64,000 bases of DNA from a virus (Duplodnaviria; Caudoviricetes). Location of the stretch: IMG/VR virus record IMGVR_UViG_3300028833_003520; one strand, 5' to 3'. The translations under genes and the position numbers were made by a program. Of this stretch, positions 46,724 through 57,023 are shown one piece after another (within the stretch, counting starts at the first letter, position 1; each line of letters begins with the position of its first letter). The notes beneath the pieces were generated by a model. The model was not told where the DNA came from. It made no database searches and saw nothing but the letters and a program-made list of their open reading frames with translations.

Positions 46724-47815
46724 TTACTGAATGTAAGCACTTCTGCTATCTGCGGCAGGGTCATAACGAATACCGCCCTGAGGCTGAGCCTGTGTCTGCT
46801 GTCCAGGGTTGTACATAGCACCACCCTTTGCAGGGTCATATGCCTGCGGAGCCTGAGGAGCAGGCTGAACGGGTGCGTTCTGTGCAGGATTGTAAGGTGC
46901 GTTAGGAACTGCCTGTGTCTGCTGAACAGGTGCGTATGCTCCGTTCTGTGCAGGGTTATACGGCTGTCTGTTTGCACTATAAGGCTGTGCAGGAGCAGGA
47001 GTATTCTGAATAGGCTGCTGAACGGGTGCACTCTGTGCAGGGTTGTAAGGAGCGTTTGTAGGCTGTGCCTGATACTGAGGCTGAGCCTGAGGCTGTGCCT
47101 GATACTGCTGAACGGGTGCGTTCTGTGCAGGATTGTAAGGCTGACCAGCAGAAGGCTGTGCATAACCTACATTCGGCTGATAAAGTGCCTGCTGTGCAGG
47201 GTTGTAAGGCTGACCGTTAGGTTCTGCCTGAGGATGAATACGTCTATCGTAGCCCTGAAGCGGTACGAATGTTGCTCCAGAATCAGCGAAAGCCGTGCCT
47301 GCACGATAGATAGGCTCCTCTTCGCAGATGATGTCGTTAAGAGTACAACCGCAACCTGCGTAGTTCTTGCTCTTGAATGTACGGACTGTCATAGTGACTG
47401 TCATTCCCTGTGCAAGTTCACCTTCAGGTCTAATCTCAACCAACTGATTGCCACGACGAACGGCTACGATAGGAAGGGTGTTACCCTTGTTAACATAACT
47501 GCACCAAAGTCCCTTTGATGTGTCGTAGTTAATCTTGTCTGCCTGCTTCGGATAGTAGAGACGCTCGGCGATGTACTGCTCTTCAAGAGTAGGGTTCTGA
47601 GGGTCTTTGAATACTACCTCTGCGAAGTTGATGGTGAGAGATGTGTGCGGCTTGTCAATAGGGGACATACCCATATTAACTCTGCGTGCATTGGTGTTCT
47701 CAAGTTCCTTGCCCTGAATCTGTGAGGTAACTCTGCAATACTGCACCTTACCTCTGATATGGACTGTTTCGTTAGGTCTAATCATTGTCTTCGTGATTTT
47801 CTTCTCATTACTCAT
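46724..47815 (-). CDS. Putative ssDNA-binding (OB-fold) protein with Q/P/Y-rich repeat tail
   Basis: Beta-rich N-domain (GELAQGMTVTMTVRTF..CTLNDI), next to prim-pol; AAGGAG RBS before ATG 47815. Confidence 0.5.
   Translation of the reverse strand: MSNEKKITKTMIRPNETVHIRGKVQYCRVTSQIQGKELENTNARRVNMGMSPIDKPHTSLTINFAEVVFKDPQNPTLEEQYIAERLYYPKQADKINYDTSKGLWCSYVNKGNTLPIVAVRRGNQLVEIRPEGELAQGMTVTMTVRTFKSKNYAGCGCTLNDIICEEEPIYRAGTAFADSGATFVPLQGYDRRIHPQAEPNGQPYNPAQQALYQPNVGYAQPSAGQPYNPAQNAPVQQYQAQPQAQPQYQAQPTNAPYNPAQSAPVQQPIQNTPAPAQPYSANRQPYNPAQNGAYAPVQQTQAVPNAPYNPAQNAPVQPAPQAPQAYDPAKGGAMYNPGQQTQAQPQGGIRYDPAADSRSAYIQ
46750..47225 (-). repeat. Imperfect peptide repeats [QA]PYNPAQ (5 copies plus 3 degenerate)
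   Basis: Recurrent TGTGCAGG.TT[GA]TA on the + strand. Confidence 0.85.
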
Positions 47816-48181
47816 AATGAATTTTCTCCTTAAATGTAGATTCGTAATTCTTAGTTCGTAATTTCGATTCGATATTCGGCTCAAATAATTATTCGAAAAG
47901 TAGGTGCGACAAATAAATATTTTTGCAAAAATATGTATTCGACTGTGCGAAATAAGTTAAGTTGGTGTGAGATTGCTCCGCTACTTAATCTCAGAATTTT
48001 AAGCGGAAGATAGTTAGCCCATTGGTCTCACTCCTTTCTTGTTCTGGATTTATACTTGAAACATAATCACAGGTAAAATATTATATTTTAACTTGAAAAT
48101 ACAATTTCCCTGTGATATAGTGAGTATATCATAAATTTACTCATTTATCAATACTTTTTTCAGGAAAGGACGACAAAAAGT

Positions 48182-48814
48182 ATGAAAAACGAACGAGTCA
48201 TCATCACTGTGGTTGGCGTGACTGCCACCCTTGCAGTAGCGGTTGGTGCCTTCTTCGTTGTCCGTGAAGTAGTGTTCGATACACAGACGGTTCGAGCAGC
48301 AGAAATAGCAGACCAATGCGTTGAATATACTGAAAAGTATAACGAGATGGCTGGACTGTACTATAATGCTATGAACCCGAAGCCGACTACTACAACAACT
48401 ATCGAAACTAAGATTACTGGTGATGTATCTGTCACAGTAACTCAAGACGGTACAGTTATTGCGGATAACAACGGAAGTCCTGACGGCTCTGTCAAAGTTG
48501 ACGTGACCGTTGGTAGCGATGGGTCGGTTAATGTCGGTGTGGATGTTCCTCCCGAACAACCGCCTGAAGAACCTGCTGAACAGCCTGTAATCGTCGATGG
48601 AGAGGAAATCTACATCAGTCAGATTACGACAGTAGCGGAGAACGGAGACTTGATTTACAGAATCAAGTGGGGCGATACATTGTGCCGAATTTCACGTATT
48701 TTCGGTTACTCTGTACAAGAACTTGCAGAATACAATCATATCAAGAACCCTGACCTGATATATGCGGATTCTACACTCCGAATTCCGACTTCAAAGTCGA
48801 AGCCGAACGGTTAA
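48182..48814 (+). CDS. Membrane-anchored LysM-domain protein
   Basis: N-terminal TM; YRIKWGDTLCRIS...VQELAEYNHIKNPDLIYADSTLRIP. Confidence 0.9.
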   Translation: MKNERVIITVVGVTATLAVAVGAFFVVREVVFDTQTVRAAEIADQCVEYTEKYNEMAGLYYNAMNPKPTTTTTIETKITGDVSVTVTQDGTVIADNNGSPDGSVKVDVTVGSDGSVNVGVDVPPEQPPEEPAEQPVIVDGEEIYISQITTVAENGDLIYRIKWGDTLCRISRIFGYSVQELAEYNHIKNPDLIYADSTLRIPTSKSKPNG

Positions 48815-48840
48815 AACCTGAATTTATGATAGACACTTGG

Positions 48841-48867
48841 AAAGGCACCCTGTAAGGGGTGCTTTTC
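48841..48867. terminator. Terminator between convergent genes
   Basis: AAAGGCACCCT-GTA-AGGGGTGCTTTT. Confidence 0.7.
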
Positions 48868-50691
48868 TTATGTGTCGATTATGCGTTTTATTGCTTCAAG
48901 GGTTTTAATTTGAGCGTTCTTATAGTCGTCTAAAACTTGCTTGATTTGAAGTATCTTGTCTTCATCGGTAGCAGACGCAATCGCTTGAATTGCAGTCTCG
49001 ATGATGTTCTGTGCATCCTGTATAGCAGGTGGACTTGGAACGATGGCAAGATTGTCAGGTGAAGAAATACCGTTCTGACTATAATCCATTCCATCAGGCG
49101 ACTGAATCGCATAGGTCGGTTGGGCAGGATAGGACGGTGTTACTTCATAGGTGTTAGGCGGTACAGGAGTGACATAGTTATTGTCAATATCGAGTTCTGA
49201 TGTGAGGTCTGCTAATATAGCAGTTGTATCAATATCAGACATTATCTGTACGCCGTTAGCCGATACATTCGTTTCAAGAGTTTCGTAAAGTTCGCATTTA
49301 ACAGAGTCAATGAGGGCTTCTTGTGATGTGTCTTTTCGTTCAATATTCGCCCAAGAACGAAGGTCATAAGTACCCTGAACCATAAGGTGATGTACCATAG
49401 TAGGATAAATAGCACCTTGGCGGTTAAGTCGTTTGATACACTGTTTATATTCCTCAAGCGATTGAGGAAGGGTGTACCAAATGAGTGTATGACCGCCATC
49501 TTGGAGATTTAAGCCGTGTCCTGATGAGGCTGGCTGAACGAGAAGAACTTTAATCTTACCTTCGTTCCATCTTTTCTTCATTTTTGGCGAACCATCAAAT
49601 TGCTCAAAAGGAATCTTAAGTTTAGTTAAGTAATCCTTTAGCATTTTGAGGTCTGAATAGTAATGGTAGGCAACCATTACATTGTCATCTGTATTGTTAA
49701 TGATATACTCAGTTGCTTCGAGTTTCTTTTCGTGTATCTTAAAGAACTCGTGACTACCTGACTCTTTGTATAGAGCACCTGAAGCCATTTGTTGCAGTCG
49801 CCCTGCAAGGACGGCGGCATTGGCTGCGGTAATCTCTTCACCATCAATTTCTAAAACGAGGTCTTCTTTGAACCGTTTATACATATTCATCTCATTATCG
49901 TCGAGATAAAGAGGTATGAAATTGAGGTTGATAGGTGGGATATACATTGAGGAGTTTTTCATAGAGATAACGAGGTCGCTTATAAGGCGGAATATCTCTT
50001 GTTCGGCTCCTGGAATGGGTTTCCATCCCATCTTCTTGCCAGGCACTTTTGGTGTTTCAAAACGCTCTCTAAAGCGTGTGATACAATCACCAAGACGGTA
50101 ACCCATATCAAGTAGCCAAGTTTCAGCCCAAAGGTCTTCAATGCCTTTAGGCATAGGAGTACCTGTGAGTCCGATAAGACGCTCGATATAAGGTCTTACT
50201 TTCTGTAAGGCTTGGAATCGGTCCGAGTCATAAGACTTGAACGATTGTATTTCGTCAATGATAACGGTAGGAAAGTACCACACAGGAGAAATTCTGTTTA
50301 ATACTTTGTCGTAGAATGTGGGCATATTTTCTATGAGGTCAACAACAAGGTCTCGGTTGATAAACCAGACTGTAGGTGGCTCATTAGGAATACTCTTGTA
50401 TAATGCTAATCGTTTTTTACGAGTTAGTTTATTTCCACGTTCATTGACGATAAGAGATTTGTATCTAAAGGGATAATTCCATTTTTCAATCTCTTCAACC
50501 CAAGTCGAACGAGCAATGTTCTTGGGTGCAATTATCAGTATATGATGATTGGGATTTATATCGTCCATTGCATCTAAAGTAGTGCGTGTTTTGCCTAAAC
50601 CCATATTCAAGAATAAGGAACAGTATGGATGAGTTAGAATGAAGTCTTTTGCAACCTGTTGATGTGGTAGCAAAGGTGTTTGTGATTCCAT
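48868..50691 (-). CDS. SNF2-family (phage-type) helicase
   Basis: MGLGKT, IIDEIQ, GLTGTP, LQQMASG, GHGLNLQ, RLNRQG. Confidence 0.92.
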   Translation of the reverse strand: MESQTPLLPHQQVAKDFILTHPYCSLFLNMGLGKTRTTLDAMDDINPNHHILIIAPKNIARSTWVEEIEKWNYPFRYKSLIVNERGNKLTRKKRLALYKSIPNEPPTVWFINRDLVVDLIENMPTFYDKVLNRISPVWYFPTVIIDEIQSFKSYDSDRFQALQKVRPYIERLIGLTGTPMPKGIEDLWAETWLLDMGYRLGDCITRFRERFETPKVPGKKMGWKPIPGAEQEIFRLISDLVISMKNSSMYIPPINLNFIPLYLDDNEMNMYKRFKEDLVLEIDGEEITAANAAVLAGRLQQMASGALYKESGSHEFFKIHEKKLEATEYIINNTDDNVMVAYHYYSDLKMLKDYLTKLKIPFEQFDGSPKMKKRWNEGKIKVLLVQPASSGHGLNLQDGGHTLIWYTLPQSLEEYKQCIKRLNRQGAIYPTMVHHLMVQGTYDLRSWANIERKDTSQEALIDSVKCELYETLETNVSANGVQIMSDIDTTAILADLTSELDIDNNYVTPVPPNTYEVTPSYPAQPTYAIQSPDGMDYSQNGISSPDNLAIVPSPPAIQDAQNIIETAIQAIASATDEDKILQIKQVLDDYKNAQIKTLEAIKRIIDT

Positions 50692-50774
50692 CAGTATTCA
50701 TATCCTTTCTTTAGAATTTAATGCCGTAATAACATTGTGGATTTGCGTACAGCAAATGAGTTTGTTGGCAAACT

Positions 50775-51272
50775 CTATGATTGAACGCAATCATAACTTA
50801 TACGGGGTGTAAAGCCATACTGAATTTCGTCGTGTTCCATTTCTGTTACGATTGGGAGTGATAGGGGTTCATATCCTAAATCATTGAAAAGGTTGAACCA
50901 AAACTGTTTTGCATAATCATTAGTTTTTAGAATCATCAGACAGTATTTTCCTGTATGACTGTTAACGAAGTTGGTAACAGTGTTTGTCATAAGGAAGTGA
51001 TGTCTGTATTCTTTGCTAACGTATGACTGACAGATGAAGTAATCACAGTCAGGGTGACAGTCAGGAGCCTTTCCAATGATTAAGAAACCTACAATGGTAT
51101 CGTCAGAGACGATATCAATCCATTCATAGTAGGGTTGGTCGAGATAATCTTGGCACCATTGAAATTTGGTGGAAGGTAAATCAGGGAAGGGGAAGCCCTT
51201 GATTTCTTCAAGGTCTTTGACATATTGAGCATAGAGAGCGTGTCTTCTTGTCTGAAGATTTTGCTTACTCAT
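50775..51272 (-). CDS. GNAT-family acetyltransferase
   Basis: IVGFL, YVSKEYRH, NDYAKQFW...LGY. Confidence 0.7.
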   Translation of the reverse strand: MSKQNLQTRRHALYAQYVKDLEEIKGFPFPDLPSTKFQWCQDYLDQPYYEWIDIVSDDTIVGFLIIGKAPDCHPDCDYFICQSYVSKEYRHHFLMTNTVTNFVNSHTGKYCLMILKTNDYAKQFWFNLFNDLGYEPLSLPIVTEMEHDEIQYGFTPRISYDCVQS

Positions 51273-51846
51273 TTACTTCTATTGCTCCTTCACCAAATCT
51301 GTCGTTATCGGTTATTTCGTCACCTGTAATCAAGGTATCTTCGTATCTGATGGTACGTCTGATGTCCTTGAGAGTAACGATAATGTTCCAAAAATCGCCG
51401 TATTCTTTGATTTTTCTTATCTCGACCGCATAAATCCTACGATAATGGTCGTTAATGACCTTGTAGGAGTTATACTTGTTTACTTGGAGTTCGGTTGTTC
51501 GATTTTCGTTGATGTTCGTAGTGATGTAGCAGTTTCCATCTACACCGTTTTCACGAATACCGAATCCAACAACAACACGATAGGGTCCTTCCATTTCGTC
51601 TATCTCTTCGATGCACTTCAATACTCTATTCCAATCAATAAGGAAGTCGCTTGCGTAAGAGTCACAAAATCTTCCTGTTTCTTGAATGAGATAGGTTGCA
51701 ATGCTTGAAAGATTGATGCAAGAAGCGTCGATATGCTGTGAAGCAAGGATTACATCTTTCTGTTTGTCAAATGCTTTGGTAATAGCCTTGTTGAACTCCC
51801 AAGCATCTGCGTCATAGAATTCCTCGCAATAGTTTTTGTTTGACAT
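51265..51846 (-). CDS. Hypothetical protein
   Basis: AAAGGAG RBS; 193 aa. Confidence 0.8.
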   Translation of the reverse strand: MSNKNYCEEFYDADAWEFNKAITKAFDKQKDVILASQHIDASCINLSSIATYLIQETGRFCDSYASDFLIDWNRVLKCIEEIDEMEGPYRVVVGFGIRENGVDGNCYITTNINENRTTELQVNKYNSYKVINDHYRRIYAVEIRKIKEYGDFWNIIVTLKDIRRTIRYEDTLITGDEITDNDRFGEGAIEVNE

Positions 51847-52016
51847 AGAGTTTCTCCTTTATTGACAGAAAATATTGTTCGGTTTACAATAAAATTGGTT
51901 CAGGTGAATTGTGCATATGATGTTCTCCTTTCTGAAAGTAAAGGTAGCAAGTGCGATTGTTGGTGGCAATCGCACTTGTTTTATTATAGCACAATTTTAT
52001 TGATAAACGAGCGTTT

Positions 52017-52313
52017 TTAATCCATTGATTCAACTACTTCGATAACGATATGACGGTCTTCATCAACCGTTATGTAACGAACGAACATATCGAGTAAGAT
52101 AGGGTCAACGGCTTCAATTTCCGAAGGGTTGCAGTTTGTTGTTGAAACTGTAGGAGAAGCAAGGTCGTCCCACGAGAGTTCGTTGTTACCGACATCTGAC
52201 GTACAATCGTAGATATCGACTGTACAGTTGAAATCGAAGTTGTAATCTGATGAAAATTCTCGAAGAGTGATAGGTCGTCTTGGCTTGAACGGGTTATTCA
52301 TCATTTTCACCAT
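52017..52313 (-). CDS. Hypothetical protein
   Basis: ORF in operon. Confidence 0.65.
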   Translation of the reverse strand: MVKMMNNPFKPRRPITLREFSSDYNFDFNCTVDIYDCTSDVGNNELSWDDLASPTVSTTNCNPSEIEAVDPILLDMFVRYITVDEDRHIVIEVVESMD

Positions 52314-52866
52314 CCGTTCTGACGTAGCGTGTTACTTCAACGATTCTTGTTTCTTTCCTTGTGACTTTCTTGTGGGTTTTACAGAAGTCAATATAAGCAG
52401 CAAGAATATTGTCGCAAAGTTCATCAAACTTGGTGACAAGAAGAACACGGTCTTTGAGTTCACTCATAGACCATTCGTCTTTATCGTTAAAGTCAGCATA
52501 CTGGTCAATATCACGACCTGGATAGGTAGAGTAACTACCGTCTTCGTTTCTTTTAGTCTCGTACATTACGAGATAACCGCCAGAGCGTCCGTTGAAACCG
52601 ACAGCATAGCCTGTTTCTTCCAAGAAATCGTTTTCAAGACGGTAAATAGCCAATCTTAAATCGAATGGTGTTTCCTCGTAAGCGAGGTTATTCATCATAG
52701 TTTCGATTTCCTTATCTTCAATGCCAAGATTGTAAATTTTTACATTGTTGGCATAGGATTTGGAGAGATTCCAACTATTCATTGTATAGTAGCGGAAATG
52801 GTTTTCAAGGAAATCGACCATAGCCTTACGACTACGAAGGTCAACGTCTTTCTTAAAGGTTTTCAT
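52294..52866 (-). CDS. Hypothetical mobile-element protein
   Basis: RYYTMNSWN, GFNGRSGGYLV; AAAGGA RBS before ATG 52866. Confidence 0.8.
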   Translation of the reverse strand: MKTFKKDVDLRSRKAMVDFLENHFRYYTMNSWNLSKSYANNVKIYNLGIEDKEIETMMNNLAYEETPFDLRLAIYRLENDFLEETGYAVGFNGRSGGYLVMYETKRNEDGSYSTYPGRDIDQYADFNDKDEWSMSELKDRVLLVTKFDELCDNILAAYIDFCKTHKKVTRKETRIVEVTRYVRTDGENDE

Positions 52867-52939
52867 AAATTTTTCCTTTCTTAAAGGGAAGTAAAGATAT
52901 GACTGCAAGCAATTTGCTTACAGCCCTTCTTTAAGTTAA

Positions 52940-53347
52940 TTATTCGTTTGATTTGCCGTTCTCAAAGCCATCTTCGTAGGTAGTTAACGAAGGAACGTCA
53001 TTATCTATCAGTTGAGACGGGTTTGCATAACGAGGTGTAACACTTGTTATTTGTTGCTTATATCGGTCAAATACGATGAGATAATGTACGTGTGTATCAG
53101 GGTCAACCCAATCATAGATTTCTATGATATTGGGTGAGTTTAATGTGAACTCATCAAGGCGAGTTATGCTTGGTATTGGCTCTGTTGGTGCAACCGTTTC
53201 AGAAGGTTCTGAAGGTATGGTTGCATCTGTTGACGGAAGTGCTTGGGCAGTTGTTTCGTCGATAGGGTCAACAGGTTCAAGGAAATACGAACAGCCTGTA
53301 AGTGCGATGCTTATAAGCAACGCAAAGATGATTAGTAATTTTCTCAT
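52940..53347 (-). CDS. Lipoprotein (DUF6440-like)
   Basis: Lipobox LTGC; VDPDTHVHYL. Confidence 0.7.
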   Translation of the reverse strand: MRKLLIIFALLISIALTGCSYFLEPVDPIDETTAQALPSTDATIPSEPSETVAPTEPIPSITRLDEFTLNSPNIIEIYDWVDPDTHVHYLIVFDRYKQQITSVTPRYANPSQLIDNDVPSLTTYEDGFENGKSNE

Positions 53348-53371
53348 ATGTTTCTCCTGTTATAACGGTAA

Positions 53372-53938
53372 TTAGGTCTTTCCTGTTGAACCGAACCCAC
53401 CTGTGCCACGCTCTGTATCGTCAAGTTCATCGACTTCGGTGATATTAGCCTTGAGATAGGGTAGGAAGACCATCTGGGCGATTCTTTCTCCGTCTTCAAT
53501 CTCAACGGCTACCTTGTCGAACATATCAGGGTTACCTGTTTTTGAGTCGATAACCTGAGGTGTATGGTCATTGTGCAATGCAACAATGATTTCACCACGA
53601 TAGTCGGGGTCGATAACGCCGACACAGTTTTCAGGTCTGATGTTCTGCTTGCAAGCAAGACCTGAGCGAGCAAAGACGAATCCACCTACGCCCTTGGGTA
53701 TTGCCATAGCGATACCTGTGTGGCACATTACTGTAGCACCTGCAGGAATGACGAGAACTTTCTTGCCGTCATTATTGGTGTAAACCATTCCACCTTTAGG
53801 ACAGCAATCTGTGTCGTTAATCTTGATGTACAAATCCATACCTACGGCATCTTCGGTGCCTTTGGTGGGTAAATGTGCGTCAGGATTGAGTTTCTTGGTA
53901 GGGACTTCGATGTCTCTGATGATTTCGTTGAAGTTCAT
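53372..53938 (-). CDS. dut: Trimeric dUTPase
   Basis: GMDL, ARSGLA, GVIDPDYRGEI, GERIAQ, RGTGGFGSTG. Confidence 0.95.
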   Translation of the reverse strand: MNFNEIIRDIEVPTKKLNPDAHLPTKGTEDAVGMDLYIKINDTDCCPKGGMVYTNNDGKKVLVIPAGATVMCHTGIAMAIPKGVGGFVFARSGLACKQNIRPENCVGVIDPDYRGEIIVALHNDHTPQVIDSKTGNPDMFDKVAVEIEDGERIAQMVFLPYLKANITEVDELDDTERGTGGFGSTGKT

Positions 53939-53948
53939 AGTTTTCTCC

Positions 53949-54161
53949 TTATTCAAAATCTTTGTCGGAAAAGTCTGTATAGACTTCATCATTATACTCA
54001 ATGTCATATGTTCTGAAGATTTTATCGACGAGAACTATTTTGACTTGGGTATGGTATGGGATTATGGTAGGTGGAGTAGTGTGAAAGGTCTTTGACCTTG
54101 ATAGGTAAACTGTATCACCAACCTTAAATCTCATTTTCTTAAAAAGTGGCATTAAAATCAC
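53949..54161 (-). CDS. Small hypothetical protein
   Basis: FKVGDTV motif; in operon. Confidence 0.6.
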   Translation of the reverse strand: MILMPLFKKMRFKVGDTVYLSRSKTFHTTPPTIIPYHTQVKIVLVDKIFRTYDIEYNDEVYTDFSDKDFE

Positions 54162-54200
54162 CCTTTCTTGAATGCCAATTTATCTAATGGCTGAGATGTG

Positions 54201-54602
54201 TTATCCAACGGCTGTTTCCAAATTTTCAACAGGGTGTTCAAGAAGGTCTTGAGCAAGTCGAGTTGTAATCTTTATACGGCGATTGGTAGTAATATCAAGT
54301 GTAATAAACTTGTATTTATGGTTCTTGATATTAAAGCCGATAAACTCGTGGATATGGTTATCTCTTGGGTTACGGAACTGCTTATGCAGAGCCGATTCAT
54401 CAACACCATATCGTCTTGCGTAGGCAACCCACTGCTGTTCATAAGAGTTAAAGCGTTTTACCATATCACAATTCATAGGAAAAGCGTGGGTAACTTTAAC
54501 ATCAGGATGGGATTCTTGCCATTCATTAAATGGTGTATCGGTGATAGTATGGAATACTTCGCCGTTCTCTTCGTAGAGTATGCAGAACTTATCCATATTC
54601 AT
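54201..54602 (-). CDS. Hypothetical protein
   Basis: TAATG coupling. Confidence 0.7.
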   Translation of the reverse strand: MNMDKFCILYEENGEVFHTITDTPFNEWQESHPDVKVTHAFPMNCDMVKRFNSYEQQWVAYARRYGVDESALHKQFRNPRDNHIHEFIGFNIKNHKYKFITLDITTNRRIKITTRLAQDLLEHPVENLETAVG

Positions 54603-54976
54603 TACCCCTGCGTGACGCTCTTAAAGTCAATAGCCTCAATGGATTCGGTAGAACCTGTGGCTTTTGCGGTAATGTAGTAGATAGCGGAGTTAGTTACGAA
54701 CTCTGCTGTGGCAATGGTTTCAGGCTTCATATTCTGAAGAATGTCTGAGACCTTCTTAACATACTCTTTGCCACCTTCTACGTTTTCCTTGGGGTTCTTA
54801 AGCGTGATGACATCAGTAATGACACAGGGTGTCATTTTGAGGTCTTTTTCTGTCTTAAGGTCACCGCTTTCATACTCGATAAGAACGGCTTTCGAACCGA
54901 CTGTAACATTTTCAATCCATACGGATGCTGTCTGATAGTTGGAAATAAGACCGTTAGTTAATGTCAAGTTTTTCAT
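54602..54976 (-). CDS. Hypothetical protein
   Basis: ATGA coupling, AAAGGAG RBS. Confidence 0.75.
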   Translation of the reverse strand: MKNLTLTNGLISNYQTASVWIENVTVGSKAVLIEYESGDLKTEKDLKMTPCVITDVITLKNPKENVEGGKEYVKKVSDILQNMKPETIATAEFVTNSAIYYITAKATGSTESIEAIDFKSVTQG

Positions 54977-55452
54977 TCGTTGTCTCCTTTGTTTTCTGAA
55001 TTTTTGAGTGCCTCTGCGATTTTATCAATCATTGACTGTGGTACAAAACATTTTCTATCAGAAATAACTTTTTCTGCAAGGTCTTTTGCAAAATTTGTCC
55101 TAATAAATTCAGGTTTTGCAACAATCCACGAGCCTGTCGGATAAAGTGAGATTCCGTTAGGTTTTGCAATAGGCGGAAGTTTGCTTGGCAACTGTTCTTC
55201 AACTGTGCCTATAAGAACGATGCCTGTTTCCATCTGTTCTTTACACTTTTTACAAGGCTCGTAGTCGATGAACATTTCAGGCTTGGCTTCTTCATCGGAA
55301 TCTCTTATGACTTTTCCGTTTTCGCCGATGCGTCTGATTCTACCAGGGACTACGATTGTTTCTTTGCTTTTTCCACAGAAGAAACACATAGGAATAACGG
55401 GGTTCAGTCCGTATTTAGGTGATAATTCTATAGAATCGTCTTTCTTTGCCAT
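54973..55452 (-). CDS. Phage-type hypothetical protein with two CxxC
   Basis: SPKYGLNP..CFFCG...PCKKC. Confidence 0.75.
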   Translation of the reverse strand: MAKKDDSIELSPKYGLNPVIPMCFFCGKSKETIVVPGRIRRIGENGKVIRDSDEEAKPEMFIDYEPCKKCKEQMETGIVLIGTVEEQLPSKLPPIAKPNGISLYPTGSWIVAKPEFIRTNFAKDLAEKVISDRKCFVPQSMIDKIAEALKNSENKGDNE

Positions 55453-55465
55453 AATAAGTCCTTTC

Positions 55466-55837
55466 TTATATGATTCCGTTGGTGCGGAATTCGGTTAAAA
55501 GTCCGTACTTTTTACCGTAGATGGTAAAGAAGTTTCCCCACCAAGCGAGGTCTGCGGTGTCGTAATCACAGATTTCGAATGTTCTCTGCCATTCTTTAGC
55601 GAATTCGCTTAAAGCGTTCTTATAGAACTGATAAGGCTGTTTGCTGTAGTAAGCAGGAGTGGGTTCTTTAGGACAGTGATAACTACGGTTACCCTTGATT
55701 GTAGGCTGCCAAGCCGCAATCATTCTAAAGAATTCATCTAAACGGTTACCCCATACTCCGTATGGGTTGGAGCCGTCTGCGAAGTCGAACCACTGTGTGT
55801 TTCCTGCTTCTCCGTAGATAGTCTTCTTTTTAGACAT
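55466..55837 (-). CDS. Hypothetical protein
   Basis: GAAGGTG RBS; ends KKYGLLTEFRTNGII. Confidence 0.75.
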   Translation of the reverse strand: MSKKKTIYGEAGNTQWFDFADGSNPYGVWGNRLDEFFRMIAAWQPTIKGNRSYHCPKEPTPAYYSKQPYQFYKNALSEFAKEWQRTFEICDYDTADLAWWGNFFTIYGKKYGLLTEFRTNGII

Positions 55838-56072
55838 TCTTGTCACCTTCTTTCGCAATAGGTGTTTTATTTTCAATAGTTACGGTTGATATAGCGTCGA
55901 GGATATCCTCTACGGACATATCAATCCTGTTAGCCGTTTCGAGAAGAAGGGAGTTCCATTCATCATCAGAGAATTGCTTGTCATTTAAGCCAGCCAAAGC
56001 GTCAAGGATTGATTCCTTACTTCCAGTAAGAAGAAGGTCTTTGTACGCATAAAGTTCAGTTGTCTTTTCCAT
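55830..56072 (-). CDS. Small acidic hypothetical protein
   Basis: AGGAGG RBS. Confidence 0.7.
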   Translation of the reverse strand: MEKTTELYAYKDLLLTGSKESILDALAGLNDKQFSDDEWNSLLLETANRIDMSVEDILDAISTVTIENKTPIAKEGDKNV

Positions 56073-56862
56073 AATCGTCTTCCTCCTGTTCGTTTGCTTT
56101 ATCTTTTAAGAGGTTTGAAAGATGTTCGGCTTGTGATTGTGAGCAAGCCTTACGGTATTCTTTAACAACCTTTTCAAGTTCACCACGCTTAAATCTTGGT
56201 TTTTGTACTTGTTTTTCATAAAGGCAACGTGCAAAGCCTTTTGTTAATATCTTATTGATTTTAGCAAAATAGGGGTCAAGATGGGGTGGTAACCAAGTGT
56301 CTGAACGACAAAGGAAGATGAGGTCAAATTGTTCGTTTAAGATGCAATCGAAATCGAACTGAATTATTTCTCTTAATTTCTTTTGGCATTTCAAACCATA
56401 CATATCTTCAGAAACTCTATTCGCAATCCAAGTGATTTCTGTGTTTGGAATAGTCTTCTTGATATGTGTACCCCAGTTGCCACAATCGAGGTTTTTGTTA
56501 TCGTTGAAAAGGTCGTGATGGGTGTCAATATTGTAAATATGACAACCTGTATAGTTGCCATTTGAATATTGCTGTGTGATGAAATCAAAGATTCTAACGT
56601 GACTTCCAACACTCATACAGAGTGTATTAAAGTCTTGTTTGTATAGAATACTTATAAGCACATCCAAATGTTCTTTGTCAATTTTAACTTGTCTAATCGC
56701 ACTCTCATACGAAGCGTAATGGTTTAACCATATTACTGCCGATAATGAGGATGGAGCATCGTGTCCATCAGGATAGCAATTTCTCATTATCTCTGCGGAG
56801 TTATGAGGGAATTTTTGAAAATAGTCGAAGTCGATAGACAAGACTTTTAGAATTTTGCCCAT
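56056..56862 (-). CDS. Arginase/deacetylase-fold (UPF0489-like) metallo-protein
   Basis: LSIDFDYF, SH, NIDTHHD, CGNW, CRS.TWLPPH. Confidence 0.55.
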   Translation of the reverse strand: MGKILKVLSIDFDYFQKFPHNSAEIMRNCYPDGHDAPSSLSAVIWLNHYASYESAIRQVKIDKEHLDVLISILYKQDFNTLCMSVGSHVRIFDFITQQYSNGNYTGCHIYNIDTHHDLFNDNKNLDCGNWGTHIKKTIPNTEITWIANRVSEDMYGLKCQKKLREIIQFDFDCILNEQFDLIFLCRSDTWLPPHLDPYFAKINKILTKGFARCLYEKQVQKPRFKRGELEKVVKEYRKACSQSQAEHLSNLLKDKANEQEEDDYGKDN

Positions 56863-57023
56863 AAAAATTCTCCTTTCTGGATGGTAATTACTTGAGCGTT
56901 ATTGTTCCGCAACAATTGGGCAAATTGTGAAGGAAAGGGATGCATATATGCAAAGAGAGTGGTGCTACCAATTGATAGCACCACTGTATTGCATTGAAAA
57001 ATCAGATGGGATTTTTCTGATAG

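Noticed and set aside
46702-47163. 153-aa repetitive alternative-frame ORF (LHRTHPFS repeats)
   Set aside because: It is an off-frame reading of the PYNPAQ repeats.
51888-51990. Type I toxin-antitoxin locus (hairpin + RBS + tiny ORF MHNSPEPILL)
   Set aside because: The ORF is only 10 codons and not a TM peptide; it is more simply a leader hairpin behind a TG-TATAAT promoter.
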